A DNA stretch of 61,937 bases from a virus. Lineage: Duplodnaviria; Caudoviricetes. Every line of letters begins with the position of its first letter. Position 1 is the stretch's first letter. Below the pieces are notes generated by a model, which saw nothing but the letters and a program-made list of their open reading frames with translations, searched no databases and was not told the origin of the DNA. The stretch lies in the IMG/VR virus record IMGVR_UViG_3300034116_000957, positions 1-61,937 of that record; one strand, written 5' to 3'. A program made the translations under genes and the position numbers. Positions 20,701 through 29,511 of this stretch are shown one piece after another.

Positions 20701-23700
20701 AAAACGGTGCGTTTCACATACGCAACAATTTTGAAGTACCTCTACTGGAATCAACTGATGCGCAATATGCATTTACTAAGAATAGTTTTAAAGAACAACT
20801 AGAAAGACGAGCTGCGCTAAGCTCACTTGATTCTGGAGACTTTGTAGAACCTGCAGCTAAGGCTGAAGGGTCTATGCAAAAGCTCATGCAAAAAGGGGAA
20901 GGTGATGACGTTGAAAGCCTAAGCGATGATGAGCAATCAATACTAAATATTGCCAAAAGCTTGCTTACGTCTCCTGATTACTTCAGGGATATGGTTGACA
21001 GCGTTATTAAATACGAAGAGTCGCACACAAAGCCGGAGTTGACATTCGAGAACTTGCAAAACCGGTTGGATGGCTTCTATCAATCTGTAACTGCGTATAA
21101 GGAAGACCTAGCGTGGGAGAGAGCCAACGACGGTGATGAATCAGTAATCAACGGGTTGATAAACAGTATTAATAAGCAGCAAAACATTATTGAGCAAGTA
21201 GAAGGAATAATTGCTAACCGACGTAATCGTGCCGCCCAGCAGAGCCGAGAGTCCATGGATTCTATGGAACAGGTGTTCGATGCTTTGTCGGAAATGACAG
21301 ACAAGGAATTGTATTCATTCTTCCTTCCTGATAGCAAAGAAGATAGAGGCAGGATTGACTCGTTGGCAACAACGTCATCTAACGGTACGACTAACTTTTT
21401 CTCAATGCACAACGGCCTTGCTAAAAACCCGTTTTCAGAAGAAGCACAGGAAGTACTTAGTAAACTTGCAGAATATGCAGATAATAAAGAGGACTCAAGC
21501 TCAGGAGATGTTGACTATTACTCTGTAATGGCTACGTCAATTGTCAATGTCAAAAAGATGTTTGAGCGTGCTACAGAAATCTACGATAGGTCAAGATCTA
21601 TACAAACCCGTGGCAACTTGACTCCGCGATATGTGAAGTTCCTTGACACGATGCCAGTTAAAGATGCAGTCATATTAGACGCAAGACGTGTCAACTTGCA
21701 GACATATAAGATTGGAAGTACGTCATCTTTGTCTGATGAAAACCTTCAATCATTCATTGGTGTTGGATCAGCTACATACAAAGATGCCTTGTATGGGTCA
21801 AAGGATGACAGGGATTTCAACGATCAGCTTAAGCAAAGACTCACCAAGGAGTTAGGGCAGATTCCTTCGCAAAGTCAGTTAATGGCTGGTGGATACAAAG
21901 TGTCCATCATTGATCAAATGAATACAGCTGAAATGAATGCGTTATTGGGCACCAATAACAAGTTTATTGACGAGTTGACATTGGAAAGACATAAGGGCTT
22001 ATTCCGTCAGTTGTTTTCGTACTTGAAAAGTACGCCGGAAGGTCAGCCAAAAGATGCAACTAAAACAGTAGAGCAAATACTATTCAAAGACCCGCACACA
22101 TACACTGTTGGCGAGAAAATATGGATGGTGCTGAATGTTGTTGAAAACACAGTTGGTAAAGACAAAGTTGATTCACATGTAAACGCATTGCGAGCAATAC
22201 TGCGTAAAGGATTGGAAGCCACTGAAGGTGGCACAAACGAGCGGTTAACCACACAGGCGAAGAACCTGCGCATGTTTAGACGCCATGTATCAGACTCAAT
22301 GGTAATGCCACTTCAGCGTGACTATGTAGGCACAAGGCCAGGCGGCTTAGTAGAAGTGACAACAACAAATTCCGCAGATGCCAAGAAGTTTGCAAGGGCA
22401 GTATTCCAACACGTGCTTCGCGCTGACACTACGTCAATACTTAACAAGGAAGTGTATGACCGGCAAGGATCCTATTCGACGCTCGTAAAGCGTATCAACA
22501 AGGCTATGAGTTATAGCAAAGCCGCAAAAGATGCTATTGGATCTCCGCGTACAGTGCTATCAGACGCAGAACTCTTTGCTATAGCTGAATCGTACGACGT
22601 CCCAGGAAACGAATACACGATTGAGGAGAAGTATGCATTCGTAAACGCAATGATTGAAAAGCGCGATCAAGCAATTAATAAGCCGCTAAAAACGTGGCTG
22701 CAAGACAAGCAAAAAGTACGCGCTCAGTTGACCATTAGAGACATTAATGAATATCTTGATCAGTCACAAATGAGTGACGTGGATAAAAAGGCATTTATTA
22801 GTCTATATACCAATAGTCTCAGTGCTGATAAGTCACAACTTAAACGTTTCGTTGCCCTTACTGGCCGACTTCCTGAAAGGCAGGAGTTACCGGCTGTCGC
22901 TAAGATTATTGATGTCGACATCAAGAAGTTACAGTCAGAATATGAATCTGTGGAAAAACTTGTAGCAAGCGTTGGGCTGGACGCACTGTCGTACAACGTT
23001 GTTGGTACAAGTATTAAGATAACTCACTACAACAGAATGATTGACTCTGTGTCTAGGCATGGAATATTTGTCAACATTGATCCTAGTTATCTGCAGGGGC
23101 AAGATGCATTTGCTAGAAGTACGTGGATTGACTTAAGTAATGTGCTGGACATGGAATTTGACCGTGCATCTCCAGAAGATGCTAAGTTAACTGAAGGTGT
23201 TCTGGCTTCAACATTGACAGATATGGTTTGGAGTAAATACGTTGGCGGATCTAAGACTAAAGATAACTCAACTCCTCCTAGGCTTGTTTCGTCATTAATG
23301 AAAGCTCCAAATCAAAGAGTCAAAAACGTATCTAACATAAGAGATATGGATGAACGTCAAAAGCTTGCTACCCATATTCACAATATGTCCACAGGCGCAT
23401 TGAAAGATGTATTGACAGACGTAACTCGAGATGGGATTGCACTTACGGACATAAACACTTCATTGCAAAAGCTTGGTAAGACAAGGTTTGTTGAGAGCTA
23501 CAACATCCCGTCAAAGGCTATGCCAGATCGTGAGGGAGGCTTTAAGGAATACAGTACGGAATATGCAAGGAATGTTATTGCCGCTCGTAAGGAAATGGTT
23601 CGGAGTGTAAACGATCCTACGTTTGACAACTATGAGTACGTTGTATCCAAGAGCTCTGCAAACAAACCTGATTACTCAAACGTCAAAGTTTATGACCGAG

Positions 23701-26700
23701 TAACTGGCAAAAATATATACGAGATTGACTACGTAAATGGGCGTGTGTTTGACATATCGTCTGGCACGAGAGTCCGCGTTATGCCAGTCCCTGTTAATGA
23801 CAAAGGCATTACTGCTCTGCATGTAAAGTTGGCCGACGTGATATTCCAAGGGGCAACCAAGGAGCAACGAGCTGCACGTGAGGATTTGGTTTACCAAGCC
23901 ATGGTTAACGAGCCCACGTTAAACCCTGTACCTGCGGTGTTCTGGCATGGTCGCTACCGCATCCTGCAACCAGTCGACGCCGACATATACGAACCAATGT
24001 ATATGTCAACTCTGCGCTCTGATCCAAAAGATGTGTTTAACAGCGTTGGGTCATTTGACCCAACTATTGAAGACGCGTACATCAAGCCTGTTCTTGATGC
24101 TTGGACTACGCCGGACATAACTGGTAACACACGTGTTAGAACTGACACCAGTGGACTTCCATTCTTTGATGGTTATGGATATACAGTTACTACCACTGAT
24201 GGTCACAGATCATCTGTGTTTGCTAATCTGATTGCTAACGGGTTGTCTAAGGAAAAGGCGTTGTCAATATACGCTATGACCGAACATCCAATATTTAAAA
24301 GCTGGCAAGCAGGTAATCTAGTAGAAAGTGTAGCTTTGCGTAAAGCTACCAGCTTTGTAGATCAAGGTCGGGTTGTTGATGCAGAAACGTATAACAAAGT
24401 AAACAAAGTCATCGCGCTTAATGAGTTTACTAAAGCTGTCGAAGACTACATGGATAACCCATCGCAGGAAAACCTTGATCGCGTCGAATTCACTTATGAT
24501 GAAACAGAACTAGGAAGGCACCTTACCGAAAATCAACTTAAAGCAAAAGCAAAGTCTATTGTGAAGACTCAGGCAGACGCTTTGGCGTACATTAAAACTG
24601 CTAATGACATGGCAAACAGCCTTATGACTGACGACATAGCATTCCATGTCAATCCATATAAAGCCCACCGAGAGGGCGAGAAGCAGATAAAAACTGGTCA
24701 GCCGTTTACGACGCTAGTCTTTGAAGATGGGTCAAACACATTCATGAATATGGATGCTCCAGGCTTGAGGACTTTCGATCTTGGGAGTGGTTTGTCTGCT
24801 AACGGATCTCGTGTCAATCAGCCATATTTTGCAAAGGCACACAACCCATATGTTTACGATGCCGTAGAGAATGGCATTCAGTGGGACACGATGCAAGGCC
24901 TGATCAAGAAAGCTATGAAGGCTGGCCATGATGGCCTAGTGATCACTAACTTTAGACCTAACTTGCTGACCTCTGAGCGTAAGAACATTCTGTACACATT
25001 TAACGACAGCAACATCAGGCCTATCAGTGAGATGGGTACACCAATGTATGACACACCTATTGTCATCTCTGATGAAATTGTCGAACCAATGTTTATGAAT
25101 GCTCCTATGTATGCTCCTGTGACTGCGCGTACTGTACCGGCTGCATCAAGTGCCGTGTTTGTAGAGCCACCTAAGTCAGCTAAGGAAATCGCCGGAGATG
25201 TCGTTGGCTATGCTGGTGACGTTGTACAAGGTATAGCTCGATTCCCATTAAGCCTTGACTTTGCATTTGTTGGCATCCAAGGTGCAAAGGCTTTGCTAGG
25301 TGGATTCCTGCGACCTTACGACACACGGATTGCCCTTCAGTCATTTATACAGTCTATGCGAGGTATGGCGCCTAATACGTCTATCACCATCGGTGGTAAG
25401 CGAATCGGATTTGATAAGCTTGGGCGTAGAGCATGGCTTCAAGTGTATGAGGAAATGCGCAAGGATCCATACTTCCAGTTGATGCGTGACTTGAATGTGC
25501 CATTGCACTTCGTCAACTTTGAGAAGAACGTTGAGACGAAGCGAAGGCAGATTTATCAAGAAGCTGGCGGAAAGATACGGTACGAAGACATCAAGCTTGA
25601 CATGCTTGATTTCGATGAACGCGGAAACATGACAGATTACTTTGAGAGAGTGACTCCAACGACTTGGCTTCCTCTAACTGGTATGTTTGAGCGTCAGATG
25701 TCTTTGAATCATGACTTGCTACTGTTTAATCAGATCAAGTATCAGCTTGAGCACAACTCAATGTTTAAGGGGTTGACGAACGAGGAGCTGGTTAAACGGC
25801 GTGACGTCAAAGCACTTGTCAACTTCTTGGCAATGAGCGTCGGAGATGTTCAATACTCAACTAACGACAGGTACGACGCAATGGCTGGTAGGTGGGGCAA
25901 GTTTATTGCTGCAGCTCCTAGATGGTATTTGTCAAACATATTGATGAATCCAATCATCAATCCAGCTGTTACAGCTTTGTATAAAGCAGTTCCAAAGATA
26001 CGTGAAGTCCTTGGTGAGAACTATCGTGGCGTTGGATTGTATGATTACAACTTGATCGAGAATAAAGAGCTCCTTGCATATCAGTTGAAAACATTTGTGG
26101 GTACTGCTGCGTTTACCGCATTAATGCCAGCGCTTGTTGAATTGCTCGGTCGCATGCTTGGTCGAGAAGATATAACTGGTGAACCAGGCATCGGGAAATG
26201 GAGATTTGGCAACTGGAAGTTTGCAGACAGCTCTGGTGTATGGGACTTCTGGAATACGGCACTAGCAACTGCTGATAAGGTAGTGAGTGGTACATATACC
26301 CCTCTGCCTAAGCCTGGGGACAAAAAGAGTACCGCAGACTGGCTACAGCAGGTTAGTAATCCAACGCTGTATAAAGTCTCGCCTGTAATCACCAAGGTGA
26401 TTCAGACATTCACTGGAGTTGACGTTATTGGTCGACCAGTTTATGAAACTGACAAGGAATGGATGCGATGGTATGAAGGATTCTTCGTTCCAACGATAAA
26501 GCAAGCAACTGGCGCGGAGCTTGGTACTAAGCCGTTTGTCCGAAGCTTGTACACTACGTCTCTTTCACCAACGTCTTGGTCAGCGATGTATAAGTCGTAT
26601 TACGAAGCAGATTGGCAGACTAGGGGTACGCAGCCGCGTTATGCCAATGAGGTAGCTATAAAACAGTTGTTGGCAGCTGCGCTTGGTACAAGGACTGATT

Positions 26701-26855
26701 ATGATCAGCATGTCCCTCAAGCATTCCAAGGTAAATACAGGCTCATGCAAAAGTACAAACGGTTGTATGACACAGGGCCATCAATGATGGAAATCATCAA
26801 TGACCCAAACATGAACCTCGGTGCAAGAATGATAACTGGTGAAGATAAGTTCTAA
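14715..26855 (+). CDS. Giant (4046 aa) polyvalent internal virion protein with HExxH metallopeptidase-like and ADP-ribosyltransferase-like motifs
   Basis: Uninterrupted 12.1-kb ORF; HEVNH at ~18309-18323; HPIFKSW...YFAKAHNPYVYD...KAGHDGLVI...TFNDSNIRP at ~24280-25025; last gene of the structural arm. Confidence 0.7.
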   Translation: MSDKVVSGVKLTNNRDANINAILNKAKNAQWAYNDLRVLIKDLESVPEPKRKSLYGIDNDDVQILKEVRLEVVNDIQKRDRKGIGPDLNYYGEDKATVARLDKEYKATRAKENKRLDRINTQTPIQKAASLIGGFGEGISLDSRAAAYEKFGVPGSTALNTVDPDDPFASAGLRGGHAYGQEYLNSAAGVPGTLLGGGAAAGAVRLASGFFPQTRLAQGALGLLQGGAAIYGGAEGGKFTSGLAQRFSPGARLSDETQAAISQRTAGPERGLASAAAQATLFTPFSKNAEGRFSLLEGQGVVKSAKNLFTGGPQKFNQGALETPLDIAGRAADAMSTNSESTANNKKIEARLASRFGRPATREELIANGWMTPEEQQIQIGLSLGLGGFTRHGEIFTGKHIFNAAQQGINTLQDRAVDRARNAAGATAPTPPPSPVNPVTGLISRPNTDKYKFNITVPGLNQAPAEQSRVTFSPGVMSATVEPRVDRIPEQYKTSIAKELRDKVGQVNGVLITGVSADGDFFTQTQQMDGSTKIETKSYQELPDALRQRVRQAMLGVKIDGRAIDADATFDPSRGYTGEYNTNIDAHPVYKNQFPVKVEIDGKEVNAAVMEKVGNANVRLQLPSGNSIVVPSASVIGDATNATGVRKSSPPRLSKIKDGQGNPIAYEDQGIDFFIPMGQGERKAAAETPGSWKEMFKFDRSEWEDVSNNELQPGTVIKLENLGANKNIWGVVLRPEQFSFDGEDAYGWRVQPLHDPRAPQIIVEHTGVTLVDPNNPDAIETAVETGALDPTMAESAGINADVESPAPETQVQATEEEQSGTPVELKPTAPSGEAGVSPAVVQTTTSGTGVDTEAPQPSARPGRTNASRAEAAATSTTPTETTAEEAKVESRPTSTTEQPPQEQPEAPRATSESTTGTAGETSTATEGRASTGRRRVGSRSVGTVQPEDFTFKYGEEFKQTIPDKDLPAEMRSDRRTDKTGQVNAYRRMTTGEQANRKGSDLAIIPFKGVYDNQPLQRLVSAFTLHVDTEKGQEAWNVQVKDATKNGKFGQAEFKQLLVDEWGQTDKQAEALSKYVDRWAVGWAKEIARLSGYNINTVARALRLDTDPKAPNDLEDWEAWKSNYREQQVLDVTEANKKLIAKLVGVFYAQRLGGIVGLTAEQRVSLGRPGATFTLQANGNKVMHVAMALRGKLNYVTQVHEVNHLLVRSLYGPMYHELAASIRQSFVISGNQEAKTRTITPDVEEQIVTSLTNAIFNSSGVGVIKERFTEGGAINDSTLTQMFNAIGQQMKESIVPGETEWHNDLATNSGWAVRFDGGRSYATDTPILYTIAVDKNPVPGVLVSDYNPNTGDRTVAIKYQIDGKEKTERVEFSQLRIGQSSVTNLPDAAQRILAKWMNHWHDWTVEQINDLVPEIKTENFTPITQQDLFRKNVGYQWWRNVDDYRQRARTTQEDASKFSNKRIRARSTYSYLGWLDNPQGQGYNSYIDIDEMMRMERGVLLVRTDGRIMIGGAKGEFQLTPELIKLIEKEKAARVEAEKPTQPEAPKAKVEDAKPDNQPEAPKTSKPSPDAEAGVNPNAQVTPSDRLNTARTMIDSTLPSITQAFKAGDFDKVNSLMKHALESVLRLQAYNKNDHPDHAASHRKFEALVDEVTSFIDGVKADVEAASAAKEEITKISDQSADDFLDQLARQSSPDTTPVSQEDADIFGGGWMSTLANKEDSQVEAKGEEKKEWREKTDEILKSGVKTLIDVPSVGRGKDKRTDINAWQNRVDDLIEDVVTSPMTYVFANRRIREQAIFHDALTGVYISKDTTSKNTRMGDERFQLKSYIDIGVRTRLTSLMRTVSAKNNALYMNIQTDGYIHPVKITPDVIYAEIERAVSTATSQAIADYVKQELNAAGTAQDAVIRYMRRTNNNFDAAVELAVSAAAFGRWKRFKPEKRKWIDIRTLTTDSIDQRSLDAIKKAKSSNEIIKIIQDNPDHFYGTMFAHSVEGLLDPKNGAFHIRNNFEVPLLESTDAQYAFTKNSFKEQLERRAALSSLDSGDFVEPAAKAEGSMQKLMQKGEGDDVESLSDDEQSILNIAKSLLTSPDYFRDMVDSVIKYEESHTKPELTFENLQNRLDGFYQSVTAYKEDLAWERANDGDESVINGLINSINKQQNIIEQVEGIIANRRNRAAQQSRESMDSMEQVFDALSEMTDKELYSFFLPDSKEDRGRIDSLATTSSNGTTNFFSMHNGLAKNPFSEEAQEVLSKLAEYADNKEDSSSGDVDYYSVMATSIVNVKKMFERATEIYDRSRSIQTRGNLTPRYVKFLDTMPVKDAVILDARRVNLQTYKIGSTSSLSDENLQSFIGVGSATYKDALYGSKDDRDFNDQLKQRLTKELGQIPSQSQLMAGGYKVSIIDQMNTAEMNALLGTNNKFIDELTLERHKGLFRQLFSYLKSTPEGQPKDATKTVEQILFKDPHTYTVGEKIWMVLNVVENTVGKDKVDSHVNALRAILRKGLEATEGGTNERLTTQAKNLRMFRRHVSDSMVMPLQRDYVGTRPGGLVEVTTTNSADAKKFARAVFQHVLRADTTSILNKEVYDRQGSYSTLVKRINKAMSYSKAAKDAIGSPRTVLSDAELFAIAESYDVPGNEYTIEEKYAFVNAMIEKRDQAINKPLKTWLQDKQKVRAQLTIRDINEYLDQSQMSDVDKKAFISLYTNSLSADKSQLKRFVALTGRLPERQELPAVAKIIDVDIKKLQSEYESVEKLVASVGLDALSYNVVGTSIKITHYNRMIDSVSRHGIFVNIDPSYLQGQDAFARSTWIDLSNVLDMEFDRASPEDAKLTEGVLASTLTDMVWSKYVGGSKTKDNSTPPRLVSSLMKAPNQRVKNVSNIRDMDERQKLATHIHNMSTGALKDVLTDVTRDGIALTDINTSLQKLGKTRFVESYNIPSKAMPDREGGFKEYSTEYARNVIAARKEMVRSVNDPTFDNYEYVVSKSSANKPDYSNVKVYDRVTGKNIYEIDYVNGRVFDISSGTRVRVMPVPVNDKGITALHVKLADVIFQGATKEQRAAREDLVYQAMVNEPTLNPVPAVFWHGRYRILQPVDADIYEPMYMSTLRSDPKDVFNSVGSFDPTIEDAYIKPVLDAWTTPDITGNTRVRTDTSGLPFFDGYGYTVTTTDGHRSSVFANLIANGLSKEKALSIYAMTEHPIFKSWQAGNLVESVALRKATSFVDQGRVVDAETYNKVNKVIALNEFTKAVEDYMDNPSQENLDRVEFTYDETELGRHLTENQLKAKAKSIVKTQADALAYIKTANDMANSLMTDDIAFHVNPYKAHREGEKQIKTGQPFTTLVFEDGSNTFMNMDAPGLRTFDLGSGLSANGSRVNQPYFAKAHNPYVYDAVENGIQWDTMQGLIKKAMKAGHDGLVITNFRPNLLTSERKNILYTFNDSNIRPISEMGTPMYDTPIVISDEIVEPMFMNAPMYAPVTARTVPAASSAVFVEPPKSAKEIAGDVVGYAGDVVQGIARFPLSLDFAFVGIQGAKALLGGFLRPYDTRIALQSFIQSMRGMAPNTSITIGGKRIGFDKLGRRAWLQVYEEMRKDPYFQLMRDLNVPLHFVNFEKNVETKRRQIYQEAGGKIRYEDIKLDMLDFDERGNMTDYFERVTPTTWLPLTGMFERQMSLNHDLLLFNQIKYQLEHNSMFKGLTNEELVKRRDVKALVNFLAMSVGDVQYSTNDRYDAMAGRWGKFIAAAPRWYLSNILMNPIINPAVTALYKAVPKIREVLGENYRGVGLYDYNLIENKELLAYQLKTFVGTAAFTALMPALVELLGRMLGREDITGEPGIGKWRFGNWKFADSSGVWDFWNTALATADKVVSGTYTPLPKPGDKKSTADWLQQVSNPTLYKVSPVITKVIQTFTGVDVIGRPVYETDKEWMRWYEGFFVPTIKQATGAELGTKPFVRSLYTTSLSPTSWSAMYKSYYEADWQTRGTQPRYANEVAIKQLLAAALGTRTDYDQHVPQAFQGKYRLMQKYKRLYDTGPSMMEIINDPNMNLGARMITGEDKF

Positions 26856-27115
26856 GCAGTAGAGATGTTGTCCATGTCAACAATGAATGGCATGGACAAC
26901 GTTTCAATCCTAAGGACAGCCCACTCGTCACCCATGCGTACGTTCTGTTCAACAATCGCGTTGCATACCTTGCCACGGCTGTTCTTGTATGTGACCTTAG
27001 TCCCTTTGTTGATCAAGATTTGTTGCTTTGCTGCTGATATCAGCATGGCTGACACTAGGAAGGTAACACTTCCACCAATGATTGCTCCAAGTCCTACTTC
27101 AAATAACATCTTCAT
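26852..27115 (-). CDS. Hypothetical membrane-anchored protein
   Basis: N-terminal hydrophobic helix; stop overlaps the giant gene's stop. Confidence 0.6.
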   Translation of the reverse strand: MKMLFEVGLGAIIGGSVTFLVSAMLISAAKQQILINKGTKVTYKNSRGKVCNAIVEQNVRMGDEWAVLRIETLSMPFIVDMDNISTA

Positions 27116-27395
27116 CGTCTCCTATGTTTACTGTGACACCGGCGCCAAGTTCTACCTTTGATGCAGATGCCCACTCCCCAAGTTCTTCGTAGTTGACTTT
27201 AATCAGTCCAAGCTTCAATGCTGCGTGGTTGATGCTGTTTACTCCGAGTACTTCACACGCCTCCCTGAGTAGGACATTGTGTTGATACTGTGTAATCTGC
27301 AGTCGCTTGCAAGCAATGGCTTTTGTTGGCGCCGTCAACGTAACTATTATTACCCAACGTTGCCATGGCGATACTTTCTTTCGCTTTTGTTTCAT
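27099..27395 (-). CDS. Putative LuxR-like HTH protein
   Basis: ATGA overlap with dnaB stop; VSPWQR...ACKRLQIT...LREACEVLGVNSINHAALKLGLI resembles a LuxR C-terminal HTH. Confidence 0.4.
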   Translation of the reverse strand: MKQKRKKVSPWQRWVIIVTLTAPTKAIACKRLQITQYQHNVLLREACEVLGVNSINHAALKLGLIKVNYEELGEWASASKVELGAGVTVNIGDDEDVI

Positions 27396-28717
27396 AGTGA
27401 TGAGTACGCCATGTCCTCGAACTTTGCCAAGTGTGGGATGAATGACAGGCATGTTCCTCCGACTGATCCATTCCTGTTCTTGGACACGATGATCTCGGCG
27501 TCTTCGGACTGTATGTCCTCTCGTGTCGCCATGTCAGCGTAGTACATCGGCCTGTACAAGAACATCACCACATCTGCATCCGACTCAAGGTCTCCGCTCT
27601 CACGAAGGTCAGACATCATTGGTCTCTTGTCATCTCGTCGCTCAACTCCTCGAGATAGTGACGACAGCGCTACGACAGCAACGTTTAGCTCTTTCGCCAT
27701 GCTCTTCAAGGCTCTTGAAACTATGCCTATCTCACGTGTCCTGTTCTCGGATTTATTGCCTGTGTCGATCATCTGTAAGTAGTCAATGAAAACCACCTTC
27801 AGATCCTTCTCTTTCTTCAGCCTAGTGACCCGTGCTCGTATCTCAGACACAGTGATTGGAGACTTAGCTGACACCATCAATGGCATCCCGAGCAGGTTGG
27901 CTCGTGCCTTGCGCAGATTCTCTTGCTCGTAGTCGTACATCACTGAGTTGGCAAGACGCTTGTTGTCGATACCTGTCATCAGGCTGAGCATCCTCTGGGC
28001 AACCATCTGTGATGACATCTCAATAGAGATGTATAACGCAGTGTGTTGCTTCCTAGCCGCTCCCAGTGCCATCTGTAGAGCAAGAGCAGATTTACCCATA
28101 CTTGGACGCGCACCAAGGATAATCAACTCACCTGGGCGGAATCCGTTAAGAGCATCATCCAAGTTTATGAACCCTGTTGTAATGCCAGCCATCTTTGTGA
28201 CTGTTCTTCCAACAATCTCTTCAACTTCAGGGCCGACAATGTCATCTACGTGAGGAGAATCGTCTACATGCCCATTAACCGAACCGACGTTTGATATCCA
28301 CTGGTCGTAGAGTTCTTGTGTCTCGATGTCTTCGTTGATGTTTGACACAAGGTGGAGGCACTGCTCCATCATCCTGCGTCTGTCAGCAGCTTTCTTGACA
28401 AGTTTTGCGTAAGTGATGATGTGAGATGTCGTCGGTACAAAATCACCGATCTGCATGAGGTATGCAAGACCGCCAACGTTGTCAAGCATCCCCACCTCAG
28501 TGAGTTCTGTCATCAAGGACACAATGTCGAGCTGGTCTCCACACTCGACGATCTCCCGCATGGCGCTGAAGATATGTCCGTGTGCTTCACGGTAAAAGTC
28601 CACCTCGGCAACTACGTCGCAGATAGAACCCCATCTCTTATAGTCAAGGAGGAGAGACCCCAGCAGAGACATTTCTGCTGGGATGTCGTTTGGTGGTACT
28701 ACTCGGCTAAGATCCAA
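27392..28717 (-). CDS. dnaB: Replicative DNA helicase
   Basis: GARPSMGKS Walker A, VFIDYLQ, SLSRGVERRDDKRPMMSDLRESGDLESDADVV, KNRNG; probable TTG start after AGGAGG. Confidence 0.97.
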   Translation of the reverse strand: MDLSRVVPPNDIPAEMSLLGSLLLDYKRWGSICDVVAEVDFYREAHGHIFSAMREIVECGDQLDIVSLMTELTEVGMLDNVGGLAYLMQIGDFVPTTSHIITYAKLVKKAADRRRMMEQCLHLVSNINEDIETQELYDQWISNVGSVNGHVDDSPHVDDIVGPEVEEIVGRTVTKMAGITTGFINLDDALNGFRPGELIILGARPSMGKSALALQMALGAARKQHTALYISIEMSSQMVAQRMLSLMTGIDNKRLANSVMYDYEQENLRKARANLLGMPLMVSAKSPITVSEIRARVTRLKKEKDLKVVFIDYLQMIDTGNKSENRTREIGIVSRALKSMAKELNVAVVALSSLSRGVERRDDKRPMMSDLRESGDLESDADVVMFLYRPMYYADMATREDIQSEDAEIIVSKNRNGSVGGTCLSFIPHLAKFEDMAYSSL

Positions 28718-28956
28718 GTGAGTCCCTCCTGTTTCAGGATCTTGCCGTGCTTGTTTGCTATCCAATCGATCTCAAACTCAAGGCGCATAATAATCTCGTC
28801 CAAGAGCTGGGCATCACGTTTTTTGCGATACTTCTGAATCATCTTTGCACTGCGTCGCAGGTTGCCGAGAGATGTCTTCTGCTCGAGTTCCTCCCGCCAT
28901 TCCGCAAGTTTGTCGACGGCGTCATGCATGTCAGATGCTGTTACCTCTACTCGCAT
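28699..28956 (-). CDS. Hypothetical protein
   Basis: 85-aa ORF overlapping both neighbours. Confidence 0.55.
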   Translation of the reverse strand: MRVEVTASDMHDAVDKLAEWREELEQKTSLGNLRRSAKMIQKYRKKRDAQLLDEIIMRLEFEIDWIANKHGKILKQEGLTWILAE

Positions 28957-29468
28957 TCTGCCAGCGCCTTTGCTGTCGCGCTTCCTGATTCAATCAGGCC
29001 GCTAACTTGAGTTGAGTCTGGGCTTGTCAAGTAGTGTTCCATGTCGTCATTTGCCATGACTTGATTGTAAGCATCGAAAAAGAGTTGCCGTGACGCATGT
29101 GCTTCGGACTGTCCGAGAACATGCCAACCACCAGCGATCTTCACAATCTTTGGCAAAATAGGATGAACTTTAGCAGCATGCTCGTCACGATTAGCTGCCC
29201 AATTGCGAATGATATTTGTAGCAGAATCAGCAAGGGATCCCGCCGATGGAATATTCCCAAACAGTCCAATGGCTTTCTTCCGTAGCTCAGCGACTGTCGG
29301 CCTGAACTCGCAGTGCAAGAGCACGTGACGCATCGTTGCTCCTACAACCGCATCGTCCCAGTCTCTCATGATCGTGAGGTAGATGGAAGCCATTCCATCA
29401 TCCCATTTAGTCGCCGCTGGTAGCGTTTTAAGAACCGCACACACGCCAGCAAATGTTTGCTTTGTCAT
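28947..29468 (-). CDS. Helicase loader/inhibitor (SPP1 G39P-like)
   Basis: Between initiator and DnaB; W...MRD....V...FRPTVAELR pattern; GGAGG RBS. Confidence 0.6.
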   Translation of the reverse strand: MTKQTFAGVCAVLKTLPAATKWDDGMASIYLTIMRDWDDAVVGATMRHVLLHCEFRPTVAELRKKAIGLFGNIPSAGSLADSATNIIRNWAANRDEHAAKVHPILPKIVKIAGGWHVLGQSEAHASRQLFFDAYNQVMANDDMEHYLTSPDSTQVSGLIESGSATAKALAECE

Positions 29469-29511
29469 AACCAACCTCCAAAGTATTTATACCGCACTGT
29501 CAAAAAGTTTA

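Noticed and set aside
14715-26855. Virion RNA polymerase call for the giant ORF
   Set aside because: No convincing DxDGD or T7-type motif A/B/C set found by eye; kept only as a hypothesis.
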